From positions 14,899 through 78,898 of the forward strand of contig CAZHCJ010000002.1 in NCBI GenBank assembly GCA_964530945.1: a DNA stretch of 64,000 nucleotides, read 5' to 3'. How positions within the stretch are numbered: position 1 is the first letter of the stretch; each line of letters starts with the position of its first letter. Made by a program: the position numbers and the translations under genes. A model generated the notes under the pieces. It had not been told where the DNA came from, did not search any database, and saw only the letters and a program-made list of their open reading frames with translations. The DNA is from Candidatus Woesearchaeota archaeon (GTDB taxonomy: Archaea; Nanobdellota; Nanobdellia; Pacearchaeales; GW2011-AR1). Positions 9,800 through 18,560 of this stretch are shown here, one piece after another.

Positions 9800-10578
9800 C
9801 TCTCAGAATTATTCCAAGCAGGACAAATATCTTTATATTCGCACCAATCACAGAGAACAGATTTGTTTGGAGGAAAGTGTGTTGTTGATTCTATTTCTTT
9901 TATCAATTCAAGAGTTTCTTTTTTAAGTTGTTTGAGTTGTTCGTTCGTTCTTTTTGATACAACTTTTTGATTATGTGCGAGAAAATGCCATATTAATTTT
10001 ACGGGCTTGTCTTCCCCAAACTTTTCTTTGATAGCAATTGAGTAAAGTGCTAGTTGTCTGTCTTGTTCACCATGGTTGTGTCTTGGTTGACTGTTACTTG
10101 TTTTGTAGTCATGTATTTCTAGTGTGTCACGCTCGAGGTCATGAACCAATCGGTCTATGAAACCTACTAGTTTAGTGTTTTCATCTAGGTCAATATAAAT
10201 CTTTTTTTCTATATCTATAGTGTTGTCATCAAAGGGTTTGTTTTGGAAGTAGTAATCCAGAAGAAAATGTATTCCTTTATTAAAATAATCTTCATGAGTC
10301 TTTCCTGGTTTTACTATAACCATTTTTGGATTGAATTCTTCTTTCCATATTTCGGCGTATTTTTTAATCAAGTCATCGACTTCAGGAAAACTATTTCCTT
10401 CATGGCTTTTTAATTTATTGTAAAACCATTCTAATGTACTATGAACAGAGCTTCCTAAATGAGCTTCAATACTTTTTTCAATCTTAGGAATGATTTTGTC
10501 AATGTAGCGAAATTTGTATTTAAGCTTGCATTGTTCAAAAGTAGAAAGTTTTGAATGCGAGTAAAACTTTATTGCCAT
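9796..10578 (-). CDS. PD-(D/E)XK nuclease, Cas4/RecB-like with Fe-S cysteine cluster (stand-alone)
   Basis: N-terminal Cys (FEQCKLKY), D..E.K core (GFIDRLVHD ... LEIHDYKTS), C-terminal CDWCEYKDICP (C-x2-C-x5-C): the Cas4/AddB-type 4Fe-4S arrangement; no cas genes or CRISPR nearby. Confidence 0.65.
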   Translation of the reverse strand: MAIKFYSHSKLSTFEQCKLKYKFRYIDKIIPKIEKSIEAHLGSSVHSTLEWFYNKLKSHEGNSFPEVDDLIKKYAEIWKEEFNPKMVIVKPGKTHEDYFNKGIHFLLDYYFQNKPFDDNTIDIEKKIYIDLDENTKLVGFIDRLVHDLERDTLEIHDYKTSNSQPRHNHGEQDRQLALYSIAIKEKFGEDKPVKLIWHFLAHNQKVVSKRTNEQLKQLKKETLELIKEIESTTHFPPNKSVLCDWCEYKDICPAWNNSES

Positions 10579-10631
10579 TAAATGAAAAACAAGAAGATGT
10601 TTATAAGTTTTTATTAGAATTTGGGAATTGT

Positions 10632-11714
10632 TTAATCGTTGGCTTCTGTCTCGGTTTCGCTTTCAGCCTCTATATCATTGGCCAGAAATCCCCACCAAGG
10701 TGCATTTTCTTGTAGAACTTCTCCTGTTTCAGAGTTTAATCTGAGTCTGAGACGCTCTTTTATTTTGAACAACCCTAAGAAACGTGCTTCTTTTCTTACT
10801 TCTGCCCTGTATTCTCCTTCTTCATCAAGTTCTATCTCTGTTTCGTTTTCATTGATTCTAGCTTCCAAGTGCGCTTTTATCTTTTCCATAACTTCTCCCG
10901 GGAGGACTTCAATTAAACGAGTTTCGTTATCTTTGAAAATTCCGTATACGCTTCTATTGTGGTGGTAAAGGGTAACGTTTGTTGAAGCATTAATGTTCTT
11001 TGATTGGATGATTATGTTTCCTGATTTTCCTGCATGGATTGTCATTGTTCTTTCTGTTTCCATTTTTCTAGTGATTTTAATTTTTATTTCCGCTTCTTCA
11101 TTTTCGGAAACTAACGAGGAAACTTCCTCGACAATTTCTTGTGTTAATGTCAATTGTTCTTCTGTCAAATCGCCTTTAGTTTCACTTTCAATATCTATCT
11201 CGCCATCATCTGTTTCTGCTTCTAATTCAAATTCTGCTTCGTACTCTAATGCATTGAAACTCTCTCTTAATTCTGTAATCGTCTCTCTCAATTCTTCTGA
11301 AAGGTCCACATTGCTTTCAATATCTATTTTTGTCCTTAATTTTTCTTGTGCTTGACATTTTAAAACAGCGCCAGTCCTATTACACCCTTCGGGAGAGCTT
11401 GCATTGTTTTGAGAATGAATTCTTAATCTGTTGCTTTCTTTCAATGCTTCTTGGAATCTTTCCCTAATTCTTTCAGCTTCTGCACCTTTTGCTTTTATCT
11501 TAATCTTTCTCTTTTCTCCTTCTGATTCAATCTCAATCTTTACTTCAGTATCTTCTTCCTCGATTTCTTCACCAACAATCGCATTGATTATATTCTCTCT
11601 TGCAGCCCTTTCTTTTTCTTCTGATCCGTTATCTTGTGCTAAAGTTAAAGGAATTCCCAGAACTATTCCTAATAAAAGAAGGATTGCGAAAAAGGTGAAC
11701 ACTCTTTTTTCCAT
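10632..11714 (-). CDS. secreted, highly acidic Glu-rich protein with N-terminal signal/TM segment
   Basis: N-terminal hydrophobic segment FAILLLLGIVLGIPLTLA then E/K-rich low-complexity. Confidence 0.55.
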   Translation of the reverse strand: MEKRVFTFFAILLLLGIVLGIPLTLAQDNGSEEKERAARENIINAIVGEEIEEEDTEVKIEIESEGEKRKIKIKAKGAEAERIRERFQEALKESNRLRIHSQNNASSPEGCNRTGAVLKCQAQEKLRTKIDIESNVDLSEELRETITELRESFNALEYEAEFELEAETDDGEIDIESETKGDLTEEQLTLTQEIVEEVSSLVSENEEAEIKIKITRKMETERTMTIHAGKSGNIIIQSKNINASTNVTLYHHNRSVYGIFKDNETRLIEVLPGEVMEKIKAHLEARINENETEIELDEEGEYRAEVRKEARFLGLFKIKERLRLRLNSETGEVLQENAPWWGFLANDIEAESETETEAND

Positions 11715-11750
11715 TTTAATAAATAAGCCTAGTTTTCCATACTTTTAAAT

Positions 11751-12983
11751 TTAACCTTTGAGGATTTCTCCCCATCCAATAAGTCGCCAGTGCTTGTCTA
11801 TGTTTCTAGCCAAACCAACATTATCGCCGGGTAGAGGGATTATGGGAATGTTTAGTGACAACTCAATCTCTTTTTCATTTTTTGAAAGTTTTTCAATTAT
11901 TCCAACACTTATGGTGGTATTTGTGCTTAACATTAACATTTCTTTTGTTTTCAAAGGTTCTACTTTTTTGTGTCCTTTTATTCCTAAAATTTCTTTGAAA
12001 AGTTTCATGGAGATTTTTATTTTGTTCGATATTTCTGGAAGTTTTCCTTTTAGCGACACGAGCGAGCCAGAAAGCGAATCTGTTTTTGCTAAACTTGGAT
12101 CTAGACTAGTTTCAAGAGAGATGCTTGCTCCAGGTCCAACTTCTTTTACTTGTTCTTTGCCTTTATGTATGGAGAGTATCTTTGCGTTGATTGTTAAGTA
12201 CTCTTTTTTGTGAGCTTTTTCAACAGTTATTCCTGGTTTGAGCTCTATTTCATCACCAATTTTAAGAGTCCCTTTCTTTAAAATTCCTCCAAGCACGCCA
12301 CCCTTGATGTTTTTTATAGGGGTTCCTGGGCGGTTAATGTCGAAACTTCTTGCTACGAGGAAGATAGGGTCTGAATTTGTATCTCTTTTTGGGATGTCTA
12401 TATTTAGGATTTCTTCAAGTATTTTATTTATGTTTACTCCTTGTTGTGCAGAGACAGGGATTATTGGTGCGTTTTCAGCAATTGTGTCTTTGAGAAATTC
12501 TTTTATTTCTTTATGGCTTTCTAAAGCACGTTTTTTGTCAACTAAATCTATTTTGTTTTGAACAACAATAATATTTTTTATTTTTTTTGCTTGTAAGGCC
12601 ATAAAATGTTCCCTTGTTTGGGGTTTTATTCCTTCATTTGCCGCAATTACAAGAATTGCTGCATCCATTGTTGCAGCTCCCGAAAGCATTGTAGCCATTA
12701 GCATTTCGTGTCCAGGGGCGTCTACAAAACTCACATAACGAAGAGGTTTCGCTTTTTTAGTGTCTTTTGGTTTTACGGTCAATTCCTCTTTTTCGGTTTT
12801 GTAAATAGTCATATCTGCATAACCTAATTTAATTGTTATTCCTCGTTTGAGTTCTTCTGAATGTGTGTCAGTGAACTTTCCGGAAAGTTGACTAAGAAGA
12901 GTAGTTTTCCCGTGGTCAATGTGTCCCACTACACCAATATTTATTTCTGGAATTTTCTTAGTTTTTGTATCGGATTTAGCCAT
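11751..12983 (-). CDS. eif2g: translation initiation factor aIF2 gamma subunit
   Basis: NIGVVGHIDHGKTTL...TDTHSEELKRGITIKLGYA, NKIDLV, domain II/III colinear with aIF2-gamma; 410 aa; zinc knuckle absent. Confidence 0.9.
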   Translation of the reverse strand: MAKSDTKTKKIPEINIGVVGHIDHGKTTLLSQLSGKFTDTHSEELKRGITIKLGYADMTIYKTEKEELTVKPKDTKKAKPLRYVSFVDAPGHEMLMATMLSGAATMDAAILVIAANEGIKPQTREHFMALQAKKIKNIIVVQNKIDLVDKKRALESHKEIKEFLKDTIAENAPIIPVSAQQGVNINKILEEILNIDIPKRDTNSDPIFLVARSFDINRPGTPIKNIKGGVLGGILKKGTLKIGDEIELKPGITVEKAHKKEYLTINAKILSIHKGKEQVKEVGPGASISLETSLDPSLAKTDSLSGSLVSLKGKLPEISNKIKISMKLFKEILGIKGHKKVEPLKTKEMLMLSTNTTISVGIIEKLSKNEKEIELSLNIPIIPLPGDNVGLARNIDKHWRLIGWGEILKG

Positions 12984-13021
12984 ATAAATTTTAGAAATAG
13001 TTTGTTAAAAAAGGTTTGGGT

Positions 13022-13618
13022 TTATTCTTTCTTTTCTTCTTCTGATTTCTTCTCTGATTTTTCAGAATGTTTTTCCCCATTTTCTTTTTCTTTTGGCTTT
13101 TCTCCGCTTTGCTCTTCTTTTTCTGTTTCCTCTTTCTTAGATTCTTCTTTCTTTTCTTCAGTTTTTTCTTCTGTTGGTTTTGACTCTTTTTTACTTTCTT
13201 CAGTAGGTTTTGATTCAAAAATATTTTCAAGAGGTTTTTTACCTTCTTTTAGGACTTTAAGATTGATTTGAGTTATTATCTCAGAAATAGTTTCTCCACG
13301 GACTGTTTTTCTTAAACGTAAGCCTCCCGGAGTGGGATTCGAGCGTTTCTTTTTACCTTCGAATTTTTGTCTCTTATGCATTCCTTTTCCGTACTCTAAA
13401 AGAACTTTTTTAAGGCCGATTCCGGGAACTCCTTTTATCGCAGTGAAGCCAGATTTGTCACTAGTCCCAGAAATTTCGAATTCATAACCTTCTAAGTCAG
13501 GAAGAATTTCTTTTCCTTGAATTTTATCTCCTAGGTTTTTACCATTGAAAAATTCTGTCTCTAGTTCAACTTTGTAAGTTTTTCCGGTTTTGTTTGGGAT
13601 GTTTATTTTAAAAACCAT
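13022..13618 (-). CDS. rps6e: ribosomal protein S6e with K/E-rich C-terminal tail
   Basis: MVFKINIPNKTGKTYKVE...ISGTSDKSGFTAIKGVPG...LLEYGKGMHKRQ...GGLRLRKTVRGETIS matches S6e; start placed at the internal ATG 13618, upstream track extension is likely not translated. Confidence 0.85.
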   Translation of the reverse strand: MVFKINIPNKTGKTYKVELETEFFNGKNLGDKIQGKEILPDLEGYEFEISGTSDKSGFTAIKGVPGIGLKKVLLEYGKGMHKRQKFEGKKKRSNPTPGGLRLRKTVRGETISEIITQINLKVLKEGKKPLENIFESKPTEESKKESKPTEEKTEEKKEESKKEETEKEEQSGEKPKEKENGEKHSEKSEKKSEEEKKE

Positions 13619-13656
13619 AATAACTAGTTGAGAATTGAGTTTAAAAAGGTTATTGG

Positions 13657-13848
13657 TTAAATATTCATTCCAATAAGAAGAAGTATCAATGCGATGATTA
13701 GTTCGATGAGTGCTACACGTTTTAATGTTTTCTCTTTCAACCATTTTTTCATGACGTTTATGCTCCAATGCGGGAAAATAAGAAGGATTAAACTTTCAAT
13801 TAAAGCAACAATGCCTATCACATTAAAGACGATGTTCCATGCAACCAT
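13657..13848 (-). CDS. small membrane protein (2 TM)
   Basis: MVAWNIVFNVIGIVALIESLILLIFP..., internal ATG at 13848. Confidence 0.35.
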   Translation of the reverse strand: MVAWNIVFNVIGIVALIESLILLIFPHWSINVMKKWLKEKTLKRVALIELIIALILLLIGMNI

Positions 13849-13948
13849 GCTAAAATAAAAGAAGTTTATTTTATAAACTTGCCGAATCCTGCACACTGAT
13901 ATGTTTGAGTACAATTAATTATTTAAATCCCGCGAAAGTTTTTTTAAG

Positions 13949-14239
13949 ATGAGTGAAGAAAGAGACCAAGGTGAAGGAAAAGTTGAGAGTATTATTCTGG
14001 ATGCAAGAGAAGTGGACTTGGCAAGTTTGCAAACAGATTTTGGAATAGGAAATACGCATCATTTAAAAGGACATTACGAAATTCCAGAGACGGAAAGAGT
14101 TGAATCTTATGAAGGAGGAATAAGTCCAGAAGAGCATAAAAGAATAAGTAAAATGCTAAGTAGGAAAGGGGTTGTAGGAGTTTCAGTTACTTATAATTTT
14201 TATTTGGAAAAATCAGAAAAATTGTTGGAGGAAGATTAA
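13949..14239 (+). CDS. hypothetical protein
   Basis: 96-aa ORF. Confidence 0.3.
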   Translation: MSEERDQGEGKVESIILDAREVDLASLQTDFGIGNTHHLKGHYEIPETERVESYEGGISPEEHKRISKMLSRKGVVGVSVTYNFYLEKSEKLLEED

Positions 14240-15996
14240 ACTCCCCAATCTTCTTCGGTGTGAGACTTTATCTCTTTTATTTCTTGTAATGCTTTGATTT
14301 CGTTTTGGGATAAAAGGTCTTTGTTTTTCTTAAACGCACGAAATTGTTTTTTGCTTATGTTAGTGTAAAGGTTTTCTACGTTTTTCATTCTTCGTTCAAA
14401 GTTAACTCCTGGAATTGATATGGCAAGCTCCATTCCTTCTGTGGCTTCATCGACACTCTTGTTTTCCGATTGCAATTTCTTTACTCTACCCACACGTTCT
14501 CCTTTTTGATCTATCAATTCTGTGTTAGGTTTTAGGGTTCCGGCCTCTACTTTTACTCCAAAAATAGCAGGGGCAGTGTTTCTGAAGACAAATCTGTGTA
14601 AAACGTTTAGTTTTGAGATTTGTGCAAGAGACATAAGACGTTCTTTCTCAATTTCTTGTTGTTTTTTTTCGCGTTCCTCGGTAAGATTCTCAATAAGCTT
14701 ATACACTATGTCATCCGTCAAAATTTTTATATCTTCTTTTTCTTTGATGCTTTTTACGAATTCTTTTGCCTCTTCATTCATTTCTGTGTTAAATCCTACA
14801 ATCATTGCATCGAGTTTGTTGATTTCTAGATTTGCCTTAGCACAGATTATGTCTGTTTTGTTTATTTTTCCTATGCCTGCTTTCACGACAGGGATGTTGT
14901 TTTGGCCCAGTATAAGCAGTAAAGCTTCCAAACTTCCTAATGAATCTGCCTTGGCAATAATTCCTTGTTTATCTAAATCTACAATCCCCGAAATTTCTTT
15001 TTTAAACTCTTTTTGGATTTCTTCCATGTTGTTTTTATGTACTCGGAAAGGCATTCCTGGAAGAATATCTTTTTTAGAGGTTATTTGCATTCTTATTCCT
15101 GTAGATGCCTGGACTTTTTCTTTTGGACTGAATTTATCACTAAGTGGATTTATTTCTTCTAAAACACGAATGTTTGTCAAGATGGGATTTCCTTCAAAAT
15201 CTGCTATAGCAACTTCATCCTCTTTTTTAAGCTGTCCATCGTAAAGAATGCTTTCAAGATAAATACAATCTTTAATCCTTTTTATTTCTAAGACAACACC
15301 TTTCCCGGAATTCTTTATTTTCAAATTTCCTGATAGATATTTTTGACTGATTCCACAAAGAACCATTATGAGTTCTTGAATTCCTTCACCTGTCTCGGCA
15401 GAGCAAGGCACTAGGGCAACTTTTTTGCTGAAGTCGTTGATGTTGTAAAATAAATCACTATCGAATCCGTGACTTTGAAGAGCTCCTATTAAGGTCATGT
15501 AGCGTTCTTGAAACGTTTGTTTTGTGTTTTGGCTTTGATTTTCGACATTTTCTTTTAATCCAGATTCTTTACTTGTTCTCCATCCTGAGATGTTATCTAT
15601 TTTGTTTAAGGCTATAAGAAAAGGGGTTTTGTTATGTTGAAGTATTTGGATTACTTCTGCCGTTTGAGGTTTAATGCCTTCATTTATGTCTATAACAAGT
15701 ATGGCTAAATCTGCCAAACTACCTCCGCGTTTTCTGAGATTTGTAAATGCTGCGTGTCCCGGGGTGTCTATAAATAAAAATCCTGGAAGATTGAGGCTTA
15801 TACCGGATTTTTCAATTAATGGACAAGCCGCTTTCATATCTTCCATAGGATACAACGTAAATGAAATTTTTTGAGTTATCCCTCCTGCTTCCCCGACTTG
15901 AACGGAGCTACTTCTAAGTTTATCTAAAATGCTTGTTTTTCCATGGTCTACGTGTCCGCAAACTGTGACAATTGGTTGACGTATTGATTGTTTCAT
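14236..15996 (-). CDS. infB: translation initiation factor aIF5B (IF-2 homolog)
   Basis: PIVTVCGHVDHGKTSILDKLR, DTPGHAAF, NKIDN G-domain motifs, 586 aa with C-terminal beta-barrel domains. Confidence 0.9.
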   Translation of the reverse strand: MKQSIRQPIVTVCGHVDHGKTSILDKLRSSSVQVGEAGGITQKISFTLYPMEDMKAACPLIEKSGISLNLPGFLFIDTPGHAAFTNLRKRGGSLADLAILVIDINEGIKPQTAEVIQILQHNKTPFLIALNKIDNISGWRTSKESGLKENVENQSQNTKQTFQERYMTLIGALQSHGFDSDLFYNINDFSKKVALVPCSAETGEGIQELIMVLCGISQKYLSGNLKIKNSGKGVVLEIKRIKDCIYLESILYDGQLKKEDEVAIADFEGNPILTNIRVLEEINPLSDKFSPKEKVQASTGIRMQITSKKDILPGMPFRVHKNNMEEIQKEFKKEISGIVDLDKQGIIAKADSLGSLEALLLILGQNNIPVVKAGIGKINKTDIICAKANLEINKLDAMIVGFNTEMNEEAKEFVKSIKEKEDIKILTDDIVYKLIENLTEEREKKQQEIEKERLMSLAQISKLNVLHRFVFRNTAPAIFGVKVEAGTLKPNTELIDQKGERVGRVKKLQSENKSVDEATEGMELAISIPGVNFERRMKNVENLYTNISKKQFRAFKKNKDLLSQNEIKALQEIKEIKSHTEEDWGV

Positions 15997-16046
15997 ATGT
16001 TTTGAAGCATAGTTTTATTTTTAAAGTTTGATGTGATTGGAAGTTT

Positions 16047-16487
16047 ATGGGAAAAGGATATTTGAGAGTTGAAAATTCTGATGGAAACTATCTAGAACAG
16101 TATGTTGTTAGAGTGAGCAGTCATAGACACACAGAGGAGTGGAGCAATCATGTTAAAGGTGAAGAAGGTGTTTTAAGTTTTTATTTACAGTGGTATGAAG
16201 TTCAAGGTCAGAAGTATGGGGGACAAAGGATGGAATTGGTGTTGCCGGACGATTTTTCTGAGAAAACACGGAAGGTTCTTGAACATATGGTAGAGATGAA
16301 TAATGAGTCTAGAAGGGCATGGTTTATGTATGGAGGATTGAGGAATGCTATTTTAATGGGTGATGGAGAATTTAGAGAGAAATTTCCACAAGGACCAAGA
16401 GAAGAGATTTTGAAAAAATTGACTGAAGAATATGATGGAATGTCTAGAGAAGATGTTGATAGTTTAATGGATAGGACAGGTTGGTAA
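16047..16487 (+). CDS. hypothetical protein
   Basis: 146-aa ORF. Confidence 0.35.
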   Translation: MGKGYLRVENSDGNYLEQYVVRVSSHRHTEEWSNHVKGEEGVLSFYLQWYEVQGQKYGGQRMELVLPDDFSEKTRKVLEHMVEMNNESRRAWFMYGGLRNAILMGDGEFREKFPQGPREEILKKLTEEYDGMSREDVDSLMDRTGW

Positions 16488-16494
16488 TTTTTTA

Positions 16495-16860
16495 TTAAAA
16501 TTCACACCCGGAAGCTTCACTTAGTTTTTCAAGTTGTTGAACACCTACAAGTTTTTCATTGTTGTTCATTACCCATGTAGGTGTTGCGCTTATTCCTTCT
16601 GCAATACATGTTTCTCTATTGTAGATGCAATCCACCACATCTAACCTGGAATAATGTTCTTTAAACATTTGTTCCTGGACTGCACATGCTCCACACCCTT
16701 CTTGAACATAAAGTGTTGAACTTTGACCGAGGCATGTAGCAAAGCTTTCCGTTACTTCAGTATTGGTATTTGGATTTTTATTTATGAGCAATATTGAAAT
16801 AAACAGAATGAGGATTATTATCACGACACTTGTAATAAGCGTCTTCTTTTTGATTTTCAT
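16495..16860 (-). CDS. membrane-anchored thioredoxin/glutaredoxin-like protein (CGAC active site)
   Basis: N-terminal TM, EGCGACAV CxxC motif, cis-Pro-like GISATPTWV. Confidence 0.6.
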   Translation of the reverse strand: MKIKKKTLITSVVIIILILFISILLINKNPNTNTEVTESFATCLGQSSTLYVQEGCGACAVQEQMFKEHYSRLDVVDCIYNRETCIAEGISATPTWVMNNNEKLVGVQQLEKLSEASGCEF

Positions 16861-16894
16861 ATCTCAAGGAGAAAACTAACCTATTTAAAGCTTA

Positions 16895-16995
16895 AGAAAA
16901 AAGTCAGGAGAAAAACGTCCGGAGTCGACAGGCACAAGACCAATGAAGACCAAGGCCAAGTCAATTCTCCCGCAATCCGCCTGACTAAGTGATAT
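16895..16995. ncRNA. candidate small structured RNA in a GC-rich intergenic patch
   Basis: GTCAGG...CCTGAC terminal inverted repeat, AATGAAGA (C-box-like) and CTGA (D-box-like) about 40 nt apart; minus strand reading ends in a T-run. Confidence 0.2.
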
Positions 16996-17053
16996 AAGTT
17001 AAGAAAGTGCTTTTTTTAAGAATTTCTTTTAATTTAAAAGTTTCAAAAGTAAG

Positions 17054-17389
17054 TTAATAATCAGGCAATTCTTCTTTGTCGGGTTCGTTAGTTTTTCCCT
17101 CTTCTTGTTTTTCGGGCTTTTTCAACTTTTGTTGGTTTTTTGGAGGTTCAGATTCCAGGTTATCATTTTCGGATTCTTCCAAGTCGGCTTCATCTATGGA
17201 GTTAATCATCTCTTTAAAAGTCTTGAAATCTGATGCGCCAATCCTAACTCCTGACTTTGTAAAACCAGTGTATCTCTCAGATGTGACGAACTCTCGAATT
17301 GTTAAACCTTTTCTGCCTCCGAAGTCATCTATGCGAACAACTATGTCTGTTGTGTCGTTTTTCTTAAGTTTTCCAATATCTTTTTCCAT
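17054..17389 (-). CDS. PC4/Sub1-like ssDNA-binding domain protein with acidic tail
   Basis: DIVVRIDDFGGRKGLTIREFVTSERYTGFTKSGVRI...FKTFKEMI resembles the PC4 C-terminal domain (YdbC-like). Confidence 0.5.
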   Translation of the reverse strand: MEKDIGKLKKNDTTDIVVRIDDFGGRKGLTIREFVTSERYTGFTKSGVRIGASDFKTFKEMINSIDEADLEESENDNLESEPPKNQQKLKKPEKQEEGKTNEPDKEELPDY

Positions 17390-17414
17390 TTTAATATGTT
17401 TAAGATGTCTTGGA

Positions 17415-17693
17415 ATTATATAAAGTTTTTGGAAAATGTGTTTTTTAATAAATCTTTTTTATATGGCCAATGTCCAGAACATAGACCATTAACACATTTT
17501 CTTGTATTTCATAAATTGTCCTGTATTTTCCAATTCTTGAACTCTACAATCCCGAGAGGTTTGCAGTCAGCGGTTTTCCAAGACGGGGATTTTCCTCTAA
17601 ATCCATAAACTTCTTTGTTATTCTTTTTTGGGTTTGCTTGTCGAGTTTCTTGAGAAATTTATCTGCCTGTTTTTTCAACTCGACTTTATACAT
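17415..17693 (-). pseudogene. RelE/ParE-family toxin gene disrupted by an in-frame TAG
   Basis: Minus-strand reading MYKVELKKQADKFLKKLDKQTQKRITKKFMDLEENPRLGKPLTANLSGL-TAG-SSRIGKYRTIYEIQENVLMVYVLDIGHIKK; the stop at 17544-17546 sits where RelE/ParE toxins have W in the conserved L.G.L(W)E/S.R.G.YR motif; starts 4 nt after the upstream antitoxin stop. Confidence 0.55.
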
Positions 17694-17694
17694 T

Positions 17695-17952
17695 TCACAT
17701 TCCTAGCCTTTTTTTAACTTCTTCGAGTGGAACGCTTGGAGAAGTATCTTCAAGCGCTTCTTTGATACCCCTCATTAAAGTGGGGTCGCTTAAAACTTCA
17801 ATTGTTTCTATAAGACTGTCTTCGTCTATTTTAGAATTTGCTTTTTTCTCAAGTATTCTTTTGAGAGCATCATTGTAACTTTCGTTAGGATGTATCTTAA
17901 AGGAATCTAATTTGTTCTTAACACTTTTGTTTAGCCTAATTGTTGTTTCCAT
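17695..17952 (-). CDS. antitoxin-like small protein (METTIRL family), partner of the disrupted RelE
   Basis: METTIRLNKSVKNKLDSFKI..ESYNDALKRILE; paralogs at 60587 and 44585 pair with RelE-like toxins; the upstream part of track ORF 17695-18093 overlaps tRNA-Ser and is likely not translated. Confidence 0.6.
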   Translation of the reverse strand: METTIRLNKSVKNKLDSFKIHPNESYNDALKRILEKKANSKIDEDSLIETIEVLSDPTLMRGIKEALEDTSPSVPLEEVKKRLGM

Positions 17953-17996
17953 ATACCTATGTATAGGTATGTATACTTTACGAAATTTGTGGAAAA

Positions 17997-18077
17997 CGCC
18001 CATGGCAGGAATCGAACCTGCGAGCCCAAACGGGCCGACCGTTCCAGGGTCGTGCAATACCACTATGCGACATGGGC
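17997..18077 (-). tRNA. tRNA-Ser (anticodon GGA), type II with long variable arm
   Basis: Minus-strand GCCCATG..anticodon stem CGACC/GGTCG with loop CTGGAAC (GGA)..variable stem-loop GCCCGTTTGGGC..T-arm GCAGG TTCGATT CCTGC..CATGGGC G. Confidence 0.8.
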
Positions 18078-18139
18078 TTGTAAAAGACATCACACCTGAT
18101 GGCTTGTAAAAGTATCTTTTAAGAATTATTTAAACTTAA

Positions 18140-18448
18140 TTATTCTTTCATTTCTATCTTGATGTTCACATTTTTTGGAATTCTCATCTTCATGATATGA
18201 TGCAAAACACGTTCATTTGCAGGTAGGTCAATAAGACGCTTATGAATTCTCATTTCAAAATTATCAAATGTTGCAGTGCCTTCACCGTCAGGGCTTTTAC
18301 GAGTTGTAATTTTAAGTTTTTTTGTGGGCAATGGAACAGGACCAGAGATTTCTATTCCTGCTTTTTTTGCAATTCCATTAATAGACTCACAGATAGCATT
18401 AATCATTTTTATGTCCGTGCTGTTAAGTCTTATTCTTACTTTTGCCAT
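18140..18448 (-). CDS. rps10: ribosomal protein S10 (uS10)
   Basis: KVRIRL...GPVPLPTKKLKITTRKSPDGEGTATFDNFEMRIHKRLIDL is near-identical to the archaeal S10 consensus. Confidence 0.9.
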   Translation of the reverse strand: MAKVRIRLNSTDIKMINAICESINGIAKKAGIEISGPVPLPTKKLKITTRKSPDGEGTATFDNFEMRIHKRLIDLPANERVLHHIMKMRIPKNVNIKIEMKE

Positions 18449-18560
18449 TGAAAATCTCCAGCGGGTTTTTCATAATTCCCGCAACCATATAAATAAGATT
18501 TTATGTTTGTTTAAAAACCTTTTTATACCTGCCCTGTTTGAATATCTTAAGAGGTGAATA

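Noticed and set aside
13619-13768. N-terminal 50 codons of track ORF 13022-13768 (S6e)
   Set aside because: S6e homologs start at MVFKINIP; the extension has no counterpart and overlaps the neighbouring gene's terminator region.
14522-15244. 240-aa ORF on the plus strand inside infB (and similar antisense ORFs at 10639-11355, 11758-12561, 12861-13271, 36641-37270, 46689-47069, 59684-60166)
   Set aside because: All lie antisense to well-supported conserved genes and have low-complexity Ser/Phe/Leu-rich composition typical of shadow ORFs in AT-rich DNA.
17544-17546. In-frame TAG in the RelE-like reading as pyrrolysine or other recoding
   Set aside because: No pyl genes or other in-frame TAGs in conserved genes here; the codon sits at a conserved Trp (TGG) position, so a point mutation or sequencing error is the simpler explanation.
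17952-18093. N-terminal 47 codons of track ORF 17695-18093
   Set aside because: This stretch overlaps the tRNA-Ser gene; the conserved antitoxin begins at the internal ATG (METTIRL).
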